DNA of 32,000 bases. Origin: an uncultured Chloroflexia bacterium (GTDB lineage: Bacteria; Chloroflexota; Anaerolineae; Anaerolineales; Anaerolineaceae). Position 1 is the stretch's first letter, and every line of letters starts with the position of its first letter. Below are positions 16,633 to 24,748 of this stretch, piece after piece. Location: the NCBI GenBank assembly GCA_963704755.1, contig OY969938.1:2340001-2372000 (forward strand), written 5' to 3'. Below the pieces are notes generated by a model that did no database searches, was not told the origin of the DNA, and saw nothing but the letters and a program-made list of their open reading frames with translations. The translations under genes were made by a program, and so were the position numbers.

Positions 16633-18006
16633 TCAGAACCGGTAGGGATAGCTGCGCTTCAACAGCCGTCCAAAGCCGGGCTGGACTTTGATCTCGCTAT
16701 CCTGGTACACGGTGACACCCCGTACCAGAGTGCGCTCCACCTGCCCCTTGAAAGTGCAGCCCACGTAAGCGCTGTGCTTGTTCTTGTACAGCAGTTGATT
16801 CACAGAGAGCGCCCACTCTTTCTCCAGGTCAACCACCACCAGGTCGGCGTCCGCCCCGGGCAGGATGTCGCCCTTCTGTGGGTACAGCCCAAAGAGACGG
16901 GCCGGGTTGGCCGAAAGCAGCCGCACCAGCGTGGTCAGCGCAACGCCGCGCTCGTGGTAACCGGCAGTGAGCAACGCCGGCAGCATCTGTTGAATGCCGG
17001 AAATCCCGCCCCAGGCCTTCCAGATATCGTCCATGCCGGGGGCTTTCTCTTCCCAGGTGCAAGGGGAATGGTCCGAACCGATCGTGTCCACCAGGCCCGC
17101 CTTGACGCAGTCCCACATGTCCTCGACCGTCTCGCGCGAGCGGATCGGCGGTGCACACTTGGCGGCCGGGCCGATGCGCTCGAAATCCTGGTGATCGAAG
17201 AACAGGTAGTGCGGGCAGGTCTCAGCGGTCACGTGCACGCCGTCCGCCTTGTATTCCGCCACCGTCTCCAGCCCTTCCGGGATAGAGACATGCACAATGT
17301 GCAGGTTGCCGCAGGTCACGCCTGCCCAGTAGCAGGCGCGCCGCACCGCTTCGAGCTCCGCTTCCGGCGGGCGCGATTCGTACCAGCTCGCCCGGTCGGT
17401 GCGCCCTGCGGCGCGTAACTGCCTGCCCAGGTAGGCGGTGACGTCCTCGTTCTCGGCGTGCAGCCCGATCAGGTTACCGAGATCACCCGTCTTCAGCAAG
17501 CCGGCATAAATCAGGTCGTCCTTCAAACGCTCGAAATCCACACCGCTGTTGCTCATGAAGGCTTTGAAGCCGATCACGCCCTCGGCATTCATCCCGTCCA
17601 GCTCGTCCAGGTTGTTATCCACCAGGCCGCCCCATTGGGCGTAGTCCACCACCGCCTCCGAGCGCACAACCTCGCGTTTGGTGGCGAGCAGATCCTTGGT
17701 GATGGTGGGCGGGGTGGCATTGAGCGGCATCTCCAGCACACTGGTCACGCCCCCCGCCGCGGCGGCCATACTGCCGGTGCGGTAGCCTTCCCATTGGTCG
17801 CGGCCCGGCTGGTTGAAGTGCGCATGACCGTCCACGATCCCCGGCAGGAGCAGCTTTCCACCCAGGTCGACGACTTCGCGAGCATCCACCTGGATATCGT
17901 TTGACATTATTTCAGCAATCTTGCCATCCTGGACGACCACGCCGCCCGGGAAAACCGCCGATTCGGTCACGACCAATGCGTTTTTGAGATAAAGATCTGC
18001 GCTCAT
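16633..18006 (-). CDS. allB: Allantoinase (cyclic amidohydrolase, AllB type)
   Basis: 457 aa with DGHAHFNQPGRDQWEGYRTGSMAAAAGGVTSVLEMPLN, GFKAFM, GLHAEN, HIVHVS, GSDHSPC and KAWGGISGIQ. These closely parallel remembered E. coli AllB motifs (EPGRSHWEGYETG..GGITTMIEMPLN; KAWGGIAGLQ). Confidence 0.8.
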   Translation of the reverse strand: MSADLYLKNALVVTESAVFPGGVVVQDGKIAEIMSNDIQVDAREVVDLGGKLLLPGIVDGHAHFNQPGRDQWEGYRTGSMAAAAGGVTSVLEMPLNATPPTITKDLLATKREVVRSEAVVDYAQWGGLVDNNLDELDGMNAEGVIGFKAFMSNSGVDFERLKDDLIYAGLLKTGDLGNLIGLHAENEDVTAYLGRQLRAAGRTDRASWYESRPPEAELEAVRRACYWAGVTCGNLHIVHVSIPEGLETVAEYKADGVHVTAETCPHYLFFDHQDFERIGPAAKCAPPIRSRETVEDMWDCVKAGLVDTIGSDHSPCTWEEKAPGMDDIWKAWGGISGIQQMLPALLTAGYHERGVALTTLVRLLSANPARLFGLYPQKGDILPGADADLVVVDLEKEWALSVNQLLYKNKHSAYVGCTFKGQVERTLVRGVTVYQDSEIKVQPGFGRLLKRSYPYRF

Positions 18007-18029
18007 ACCTGGGCCTTCTAAGAAAAGTT

Positions 18030-18096
18030 GTACCTGCTCAACCGGACGGGCAAAAAAAAAACCTGGGGCTTTTTACCCGACGCCTGAGCAGGTACG
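18030..18096. repeat. Family copy D: outer inverted repeats only (GTACCTGCTCA / TGAGCAGGTAC), enclosing an A10 tract
   Basis: The 11-bp perfect inverted repeat resembles the outer repeats of copies E and F (GTAACTACTCA / TGAGTAGTTAC). It lies between the arcC stop and the allB start. Confidence 0.55.
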
Positions 18097-18106
18097 AAAA
18101 GTCGAT

Positions 18107-19054
18107 TTATGGCACGATCCAGGTGCCCGTCTCGCCGATTAACGCACGGGAGATGTTTTCCGGGTTGGTAATGAGAGCCTGCTTGCCACCGGCTTCCATA
18201 AAGCGCAGGATGGCCTGGACCTTGGGCAGCATGGAACCCTTGGCGAAGTGGCCCTCCGCCATGTACTGGCGAGCCTCAGCCACCGTCATGCGGTCCAGCC
18301 ATTTTTGGTCAGGCTTATTGAAGTTGATGGCCACCTTTTCGACCGCGGTGGAGATGACGAACAGGTCGGCATGGATCAGGTTGGCCAGCACCGAGGAACC
18401 GAAATCCTTGTCGATGACTGCCTCGACCCCGGTTAGGTCGCCGTTCTCCAGCTCGACCACCGGGATGCCGCCGCCGCCCACACCCACCACAGTAAACCCA
18501 CCCTGGATCAGGCATTGGATGGCCGGCGCTTCCACGATTTTGATCGGGATGGGAGAGGCCACCACTCGCCGCCAGCCGCGGCCGGCATCTTCTACCACTA
18601 CCCAGCCATCTTCCGACTGGCGCTTCCTGGCCTCGGCCTCGCTCATGAACGAGCCAATCGGCTTGGTCGGGTTCTGGAAGGCCTTGTCGCTGCGGTCTAC
18701 GATGGTCTGGGTGACCACCGCCGCGACCGGCTTCTGGATCCCGCGCAGGCGGAACTCGTTGTTCAAAGCCTGCTCGAACATGTAACCAATCGAGCCCTGG
18801 CTGTCTGCACCGCAGTAATCCAGGGGCACTTCATGCAGCTCTTTCTGCGAGAGCTCTGAGCGGCGCAGGATGAACCCGACCTGCGGACCGTTGCCATGCG
18901 TCACGACCACGTCCCAACCCTGCTGGATCATGTCCGCGATGTGGTGCATCGATTCGCACGCCGCCGCATACTGGTCCCTGATCGTCTTGTGCTGTCCATC
19001 TTTGATCAACGAATTGCCGCCGACGGCAACTACTGCTACACCTTTACTGGTCAT
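18107..19054 (-). CDS. arcC: Carbamate kinase
   Basis: Begins MTSKGVAVVAVGGNSL...VVTHGNGPQVG, with ...GGGIPV... later. ATG 19054 (AAAGGA 10 nt upstream) is preferred over the track's TTG at 19063. Confidence 0.85.
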   Translation of the reverse strand: MTSKGVAVVAVGGNSLIKDGQHKTIRDQYAAACESMHHIADMIQQGWDVVVTHGNGPQVGFILRRSELSQKELHEVPLDYCGADSQGSIGYMFEQALNNEFRLRGIQKPVAAVVTQTIVDRSDKAFQNPTKPIGSFMSEAEARKRQSEDGWVVVEDAGRGWRRVVASPIPIKIVEAPAIQCLIQGGFTVVGVGGGGIPVVELENGDLTGVEAVIDKDFGSSVLANLIHADLFVISTAVEKVAINFNKPDQKWLDRMTVAEARQYMAEGHFAKGSMLPKVQAILRFMEAGGKQALITNPENISRALIGETGTWIVP

Positions 19055-19098
19055 TCTGATCAATCCTTTAATGGTTTAGTTTGAGCCGGGCGCGGCGA

Positions 19099-20101
19099 TC
19101 AGACGCCCAGAATACTGGCGACCAGCGCCATGCGAATGGATACCGAATAAGCGATCGCCTCGAAATAGAGCTGGTGAGGGGTGTTGTCGATGCGTAGGTC
19201 CATCTCGCCGGCCCGGCGCGGCAGGGTATGGGTGATGTAAATCGTGCGGTTCTCGTCCTCGTGCACCTTCTTGAGGGTGTCGTAGCGCACATAGTAGTTA
19301 TCCATCACCTTCTTGAAGGCCTCCGCCTCAGGACCTTTCGGCGCGCTGCAGCCGGGCAGATAGACCATGTCCATACCCGCGACCAGCTCGTTGAAGCTAT
19401 CCTGGGTCAGGTCGAACTCCTCAGTGACGTTATCGCCGAAGCGGGATAGTATTTCCATTACCTCGGCCGGCGTGCGGCGCGACTTCTGCGTCGCCAGGGT
19501 CACTTTGGCGCCTAGACGGGCCAGCCCCTGGGCCATCGAATGCCCGGTGCGGGCCTCGACCAGGTCAGCGCTGGCCACGCACACCTTCAGGCCTTCGATC
19601 TTGCCGTAGGTACGATAGAGTGTGTACAGGTCGAGCAGGGCCTGGGTCGGGTGCTCCCAGTGGCCCCAGCCGGCGTTGATGACAGAAGCTTCCGAGCAGG
19701 GTACGGCTTCGCGCACTTCCACGTCGTTCGGGTGGCGAATCACAATCAGGTTGGCGTACTTCGAGACCACCCGCAGCATGTCCGCCAGGCTCTCCTCTTT
19801 GGCCGCCGAGGAGGTGACCATCGGATTGGCTTCACTGATCACCGCACCGCCCAGGCGCTGCATGGCGGTCTCGAAGCTCATGCGCGTGCGGGTGCTGGGC
19901 TGGAAGAAGAGGGTGGACATGACGTTGCCGGTCACGAGCTCGATGCGCGAGCGGTTCCAGGGTTCCAATAAGCGGCCAAGTTCGAACAGGGCGTAAATCT
20001 GTGCATCCGATAGATCATTGATCGAGTGCAGGCTGTGGCCTTCAAAATCGATTTCACGGACGATAGATCGGATCGATTTTAATTTTGCTTGCGTTTTCCA
20101 T
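19099..20101 (-). CDS. ATCase-fold carbamoyltransferase paralogue; ATG and first ~9 codons are out of frame with the body (1 extra nt near 20070-20085)
   Basis: The body carries FFQPSTRTRMSFE (STRTR), HWEHPTQALLD (HPxQ) and ITHTLPRR (HxLP). The frame stays open and family-like upstream of the track's TTG 19968 (..GHSLHSINDLSDAQIYALFELGRLLEP) but holds no ATG/GTG/TTG. An ATG at 20101 with AGGAGA 5 nt upstream lies in the adjacent frame and stops after 15 codons. The span is 1003 nt, i.e. 3n+1. Confidence 0.75.
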
Positions 20102-20159
20102 GCGTTCTCCTGGGTGAAAGGAAATTTGAGTTCAATGAATTCGAGCCGTTCTGTTCGAA

Positions 20160-21680
20160 TCAGCCCTTGCAGGCGCCGTTGACCCAGCGGTTCATGCCCA
20201 CGTCGCGCGCCGCGGCGCGCAGGTACATCTCACGGTAATAGGGCTCGAGCTGGCTGGCGGCGGCAGCGTTCTTGTCCAACTCCAGCTTGTAGGACTGCAT
20301 CAATTCGCGCGCCTCAGCTTTGATCGCCTCTTCATCGACGGTCAGGATGCGCCCGTCCTCGACCACGACCTGGCCGGCGACCATGGTCATGCGCACCGAG
20401 CTGCCGTTTTCGCAGTACACCAACTGGCGGTAGATATCGTTCAGCGGGGTAAATGCCAGGGTGTTCAGGTCCAGCAGGATCAGGTCGGCCTCATAACCCG
20501 GGGCAAGCACGCCCACCCGGCCCTCGTTGCGCATGGCGTGCGCTCCCCCGCGGGTCAGCGCCCAGAGGATCTCCGGTGCTTTGGGCCAGATGCGATAATC
20601 CGGGTTCGTGATGGAATGGATCAGGCCGGCCACCTTGCCGACCCCCCACATATTGGCCGTATCGTCGGTGCAGCCCTCGTCACTGCCCATGCAGAGCGGG
20701 ATGCCATGATCGCGCATGCGGCGCCAGGTCATCACCCCGCTGCCCAGGCGCAGGTTGCAGAGTGGGTTATGGGCGATCGAGCAGCCGGCCTCGGCGATCA
20801 GGTCCACGTCCTCGTCGTCCACCCAGATGGCATGGATGATCATCATGCGCTCGTCGAGCAACCCCAGGTCATGCACGTACTTGACCAGCGACTTGCCGTA
20901 TTTCTCCTCGCCCAAGACCCGTTGGAGCTTGGTCTCGAGAATGTGCACGTCGAAGGGCAGGTCGTACTGCTTGCTGAGGTCGGAAAGCGCCGCGAAGTAA
21001 TCGACTGTGACGCGTTGCGGAGCCGAAACGGACACGGCCGCGCAGACCCGTCCTTCATAGGACTTGTGCCACTTCGTGAGCAGGTACTTGTAACAATCCA
21101 GCAGCTCGTCCTTTTTGTTGAGCGGCGCCACTTCCATCTGCTTGCGTAAATTTTCGGGCAGGATCTCTTTGAGGAAGGGGTATTTATCGTATTCGACCAC
21201 GTTGGGCTGGTCGATGGTCGCCGCCACACGGATGCCGCTGTCGGCGTAGGATTGCATCAGGCCATCGATCGCGTCCGGGGTGGGATAGGGGACATAAAAC
21301 GCGTCGTCATGCACGGCGGTGACACCCAGTTTGAGCATTTCGATGTTGCTCAGCATGGTCCGCACGTAGTTCAGGCGGTAATCCGGCGGGTTTTCGCTGA
21401 GCGGGGGCACCTCGTACAGCATGAAAATTTCCAGGGGCAGGTTATCCAGGGCGCCTTTGCTGAAATTTCCGGGTGAGTGGATGTGTCCGTTGACCAGGCC
21501 GGGCATGGCCAGCTTGCCGGAGGCGTCGATGACCCGCAGCGCTTCCCCGCTTTCCGGAACCGGAATGTCTTTACCGACCGCCACGATCCGGGTACCCTGG
21601 ACGAGGATATCCCCACACTCGATCTCGGTCATCTGGTCATCCATGGTCAGGATGCGTGCATTTTTTATCAAGGTTGCCAT
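20160..21680 (-). CDS. Amidohydrolase-superfamily deaminase/hydrolase (TRZ/ATZ, SsnA, cytosine- or guanine-deaminase-like)
   Basis: 506 aa with PGLVNGHIHSP (HxH), FDVHILET (HxxE), IIHAIW and MGSDEG. GGAG RBS is present. Substrate cannot be assigned from sequence alone. Confidence 0.75.
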   Translation of the reverse strand: MATLIKNARILTMDDQMTEIECGDILVQGTRIVAVGKDIPVPESGEALRVIDASGKLAMPGLVNGHIHSPGNFSKGALDNLPLEIFMLYEVPPLSENPPDYRLNYVRTMLSNIEMLKLGVTAVHDDAFYVPYPTPDAIDGLMQSYADSGIRVAATIDQPNVVEYDKYPFLKEILPENLRKQMEVAPLNKKDELLDCYKYLLTKWHKSYEGRVCAAVSVSAPQRVTVDYFAALSDLSKQYDLPFDVHILETKLQRVLGEEKYGKSLVKYVHDLGLLDERMMIIHAIWVDDEDVDLIAEAGCSIAHNPLCNLRLGSGVMTWRRMRDHGIPLCMGSDEGCTDDTANMWGVGKVAGLIHSITNPDYRIWPKAPEILWALTRGGAHAMRNEGRVGVLAPGYEADLILLDLNTLAFTPLNDIYRQLVYCENGSSVRMTMVAGQVVVEDGRILTVDEEAIKAEARELMQSYKLELDKNAAAASQLEPYYREMYLRAAARDVGMNRWVNGACKG

Positions 21681-21708
21681 TATTAATCTCCAATAATCGA
21701 GCAGCTAC

Positions 21709-22455
21709 TCAATCGCGGTACGGCCGGCTAAAAATTGGGAGCAGGCCGGGCAGCTCGACCCGTTTTGGCTGCAGGTAAGCTCGTTTTTTGCTGGTGTGCA
21801 GGCCGTAACTGCCGAGGCCTTCCATCAGTTTCAGGGCAGCCACGACACCATCCACCACCGGCACGCCCAGCTCGGCTTCCAGTTGCTTGTCCATGCCGGA
21901 CATGCCCGCACAGCCCAGGCAAATCACTTCGGCGCCATCCTTCTCGATGGCATCTTGCGAAGATTTGAGGATGACCTGGTAGGTCTCCGTGGGGCTGAGG
22001 GCTTCCAGCGCCAGCACGGGAAGGCGGGTGGAGCGCACGGAGGCGCAGCGATCGGCCACCCCAAAATGGCGGACCGCGTCCCACAGCAGCGGCTCCCAGG
22101 CCTCATCGGTGGTCACAATGCTGAACTTGTGGCCCACCATGCAGGCGAAATACACGGACGCTTCGCAAATGCCAATCGCCGGCTTATCCGAAATTTCACG
22201 CAGCGCGTAGACCGTGGGGTGGTCGCTGACGCAGGCGATCACGAAGGCATCGTACTTGTCCATCTGGCTGATCGCCAGTTCCAGGGTAGGGGTGGCGCTC
22301 ATCAATTCGTCGTAGATGCACTCGATCGAGCGCGGCCCGGCGCTTGGATTGCAGGCTAGCGCCTGCGTCGCCGGCGCGGCATATCGATCGATCGTCTCCT
22401 GCAGCCGGCGGGTGAATTCTTCTGTAGTGTTGGGGTTGATAAAGAGGATACGCAT
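21709..22455 (-). CDS. Asp/Glu/hydantoin racemase-family protein (hydantoin or allantoin racemase-like)
   Basis: 248 aa beginning MRILFINPNTT, with two Cys-containing segments (AFVIACVSDH; VICLGCAGMSG) as expected for two-base racemases of this family. Confidence 0.75.
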   Translation of the reverse strand: MRILFINPNTTEEFTRRLQETIDRYAAPATQALACNPSAGPRSIECIYDELMSATPTLELAISQMDKYDAFVIACVSDHPTVYALREISDKPAIGICEASVYFACMVGHKFSIVTTDEAWEPLLWDAVRHFGVADRCASVRSTRLPVLALEALSPTETYQVILKSSQDAIEKDGAEVICLGCAGMSGMDKQLEAELGVPVVDGVVAALKLMEGLGSYGLHTSKKRAYLQPKRVELPGLLPIFSRPYRD

Positions 22456-22497
22456 AACTTTTTCCTGTTCGTCAGGCTGCGAATGAAGCGCCTGTTC

Positions 22498-23277
22498 TCA
22501 AATTCCGAACTCTTTCTCGATGACCCGTACAATCCCTTCGGTGACCGCATCCAGAATGCGCTCGCCCTTTTCTTTGCTGGCGCGGGTAGCCTTCCAGAAG
22601 ACGCCAGATTCTGGCGCGCCATCCTTTGGAGTGGGCAACACGTCGTAATCGAAGGGCTGGGGCGGCCTGCCGTCCACGATGAGATCCTCATGTACCAGCT
22701 CCGGATAGGCTGCCAGCATGGCGGAGGTTTCCCAGATCGCGGCATGCTCTACTGCCCAGCCGGGGAAATCCGCGCCAAACAGGTCTTCCATCAGGCCCGG
22801 CTGGGTGCTGACGCCCAGGCCGTTGGGGTTGTCGATCTTGACGATCTTCAGGTCGTCCCCACAGCCGCAGGCGCGCACGGCTTCGTCCACCCCTTCGAAC
22901 ACGAAGGGCACGTTTTCCAGGTGCCAGTCCAGGACGACGATGCGCCGCCAACCCTGCTGGATGAACTGGCCGACGATCTCTGACACCATGCTGATGACCG
23001 TCGCGCCTTTCAGGCCGATGCTGCCGGGAAAATACGGTCCCCCGCCGGCGCGCAGGAGCGATTTATAGCCATATGTGCAGCCCGGGGCGACCACACCGTT
23101 CACCCGCCTGGCAACCCGCTCGGCAATCGCCAGGGGCAGGTAAAAGTCCACCCCGGTGGGCAGGTGCGGTCCGTGCTGCTCGACGGACCCAACCACAAAC
23201 AGCAGCACGCGTTGATCGATTGCGGCCTGCTTCAATTCAGGCCAGGTCATTTTCAGCCATAAGACATTTGACGGCAT
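22498..23277 (-). CDS. Creatininase-family metal amidohydrolase (creatinine amidohydrolase / formamide hydrolase-like)
   Basis: Carries VGSVEQHGPHLPTGVD.., a family signature. ATG 23277 (GGGAG 8 nt upstream) is preferred. The track's TTG 23301 would overlap the upstream stop as TTGA. Confidence 0.75.
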   Translation of the reverse strand: MPSNVLWLKMTWPELKQAAIDQRVLLFVVGSVEQHGPHLPTGVDFYLPLAIAERVARRVNGVVAPGCTYGYKSLLRAGGGPYFPGSIGLKGATVISMVSEIVGQFIQQGWRRIVVLDWHLENVPFVFEGVDEAVRACGCGDDLKIVKIDNPNGLGVSTQPGLMEDLFGADFPGWAVEHAAIWETSAMLAAYPELVHEDLIVDGRPPQPFDYDVLPTPKDGAPESGVFWKATRASKEKGERILDAVTEGIVRVIEKEFGI

Positions 23278-23297
23278 CGAATTGCTCCCTTGTTCTT

Positions 23298-24674
23298 TCA
23301 ATCAAGCCGGGCGAAAACTGGGTTCGGATCCCGGCGAATAAATTTTCCATCTCCCGGCCGGCCGAGCACCCTGCCCCGCTCGGCGGCAATCTGTCCGCGC
23401 AGGATGGTGTAGAGCACCCGCCCTGCCAGCGTTTTGCCCTCATACGGGATCCAGCCGCATGAGGTATTCATCTCCGCAGCGTGGAGTGTATGGCTTTCGG
23501 AAAGGCTTACCACGGTGAAATCCGCATCCGCCCCGACCTGGATCGCGCCTTTGCGCGGGTACAGCCCGTAGATTTGGGCGGGCATTTCAGCCGTCAGTGC
23601 CGCCAGGCGGGCCAGCGAGATCCAGCCCTTTGCCGCAGCGTTGAGCATCAACGGAATGAAGGTTTCCGCTTCCGGGATGCCAATATGGACCTTCAAAATG
23701 TCGGCCTCATCGGCCTTTTTCAACTGCGGGTCGATCGGGCCGGGGTCGGAGCCCATCAGGTCGATACTGCCCTGTGCGAGCTGCTGCCAGAGCGCGTCCA
23801 CGCGCTGCCGGTCATGGATAGGCGGGGCGTAGACCACCCAGGGCCCCTGAGCTTGCAGGTCGGAGTGGTCCAGGTACAAGTTGTGCGGGCAGGTCTCCAC
23901 CCAGACGTCCACTCCCTCCCGGCGCGCCTGGTGAACCATCGCTACGCCTTCGGGAATGGTGGTGTGTAGAATGACGGCGCGCGCGCCGGTTCCGCGCAGA
24001 AGGAAAAGCGCGCGGTGGATCGCTTCCGCTTCGGCTTCCGGCGTGTGCCATTCGACAAACGCCATGGGGTCTGTACGCCGGGCAGCGGCCAGCCGGCGGT
24101 AATTGGCGCGCAGCATGGCCTCGTTCTCGGCGTGCAGCATCACCGTCCCGCCGAAGCTGCCAATCTTGCGGAAGGCGGCGAGCAACTGGCCGTCGTCCAG
24201 GCCGTTGACCCTGGTCCCCGATTCGCACATGAAAATCTTGAAGGCCGTGGCGCCGGCTTCCCACAGCGCCGGGAGCTGGTCCAGGTTCTGATCGCTCACC
24301 CCGGCGTGCAGGGCGAAATCGGTGTAGGCGGTCGCTTCTCCCAGGACCCGTTTTTGCTCAAAAACGTTTACATCCAAAACCTCGGGCGGGCTAAGCGGTT
24401 GGTCGATGATGGTGGTGACCCCACCCGCAAGCGACGCGCGTGTGCCATCTTTAAAGTCCGGGCCGGCCAGCATACCCGGCTCCCACAGGTGCTGGTGCGG
24501 GTCGATGCAGCCCGGCAGGATGTGACAGCCGGCGAGCGAAAGCCGCTCTCGGGCAGGGCGGCCGGCCAGGCTGCCGGCAATGCTGGCGATTTTCCCATCC
24601 CTGACACCGATATCTGCCCGGTACTCGCCGCGCGGGATGACCACGATCCCATCCTGAAGAATCAGATCGAACAT
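23298..24674 (-). CDS. Cyclic amidohydrolase (dihydroorotase/hydantoinase/dihydropyrimidinase-like), second copy in the cluster
   Basis: 458 aa. All metal-ligand positions look present: CIDPHQH (HxH), AFKIFM (Lys), MLHAEN, VILHTT, GSDPGP (Asp). Confidence 0.75.
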   Translation of the reverse strand: MFDLILQDGIVVIPRGEYRADIGVRDGKIASIAGSLAGRPARERLSLAGCHILPGCIDPHQHLWEPGMLAGPDFKDGTRASLAGGVTTIIDQPLSPPEVLDVNVFEQKRVLGEATAYTDFALHAGVSDQNLDQLPALWEAGATAFKIFMCESGTRVNGLDDGQLLAAFRKIGSFGGTVMLHAENEAMLRANYRRLAAARRTDPMAFVEWHTPEAEAEAIHRALFLLRGTGARAVILHTTIPEGVAMVHQARREGVDVWVETCPHNLYLDHSDLQAQGPWVVYAPPIHDRQRVDALWQQLAQGSIDLMGSDPGPIDPQLKKADEADILKVHIGIPEAETFIPLMLNAAAKGWISLARLAALTAEMPAQIYGLYPRKGAIQVGADADFTVVSLSESHTLHAAEMNTSCGWIPYEGKTLAGRVLYTILRGQIAAERGRVLGRPGDGKFIRRDPNPVFARLD

Positions 24675-24748
24675 ACGATAAATACTTTCTAAATGCGAGA
24701 ATGCCGGCTGGCGAGAATTTGCCTTTCCGCCCGGCCGGAACTAATAGG

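Noticed and set aside
6285-20054. Selenocysteine or stop-codon recoding as an explanation for the three broken genes
   Set aside because: In each case the downstream conserved sequence lies in a different reading frame, not after an in-frame TGA. The lesions are frame shifts, not read-through sites.
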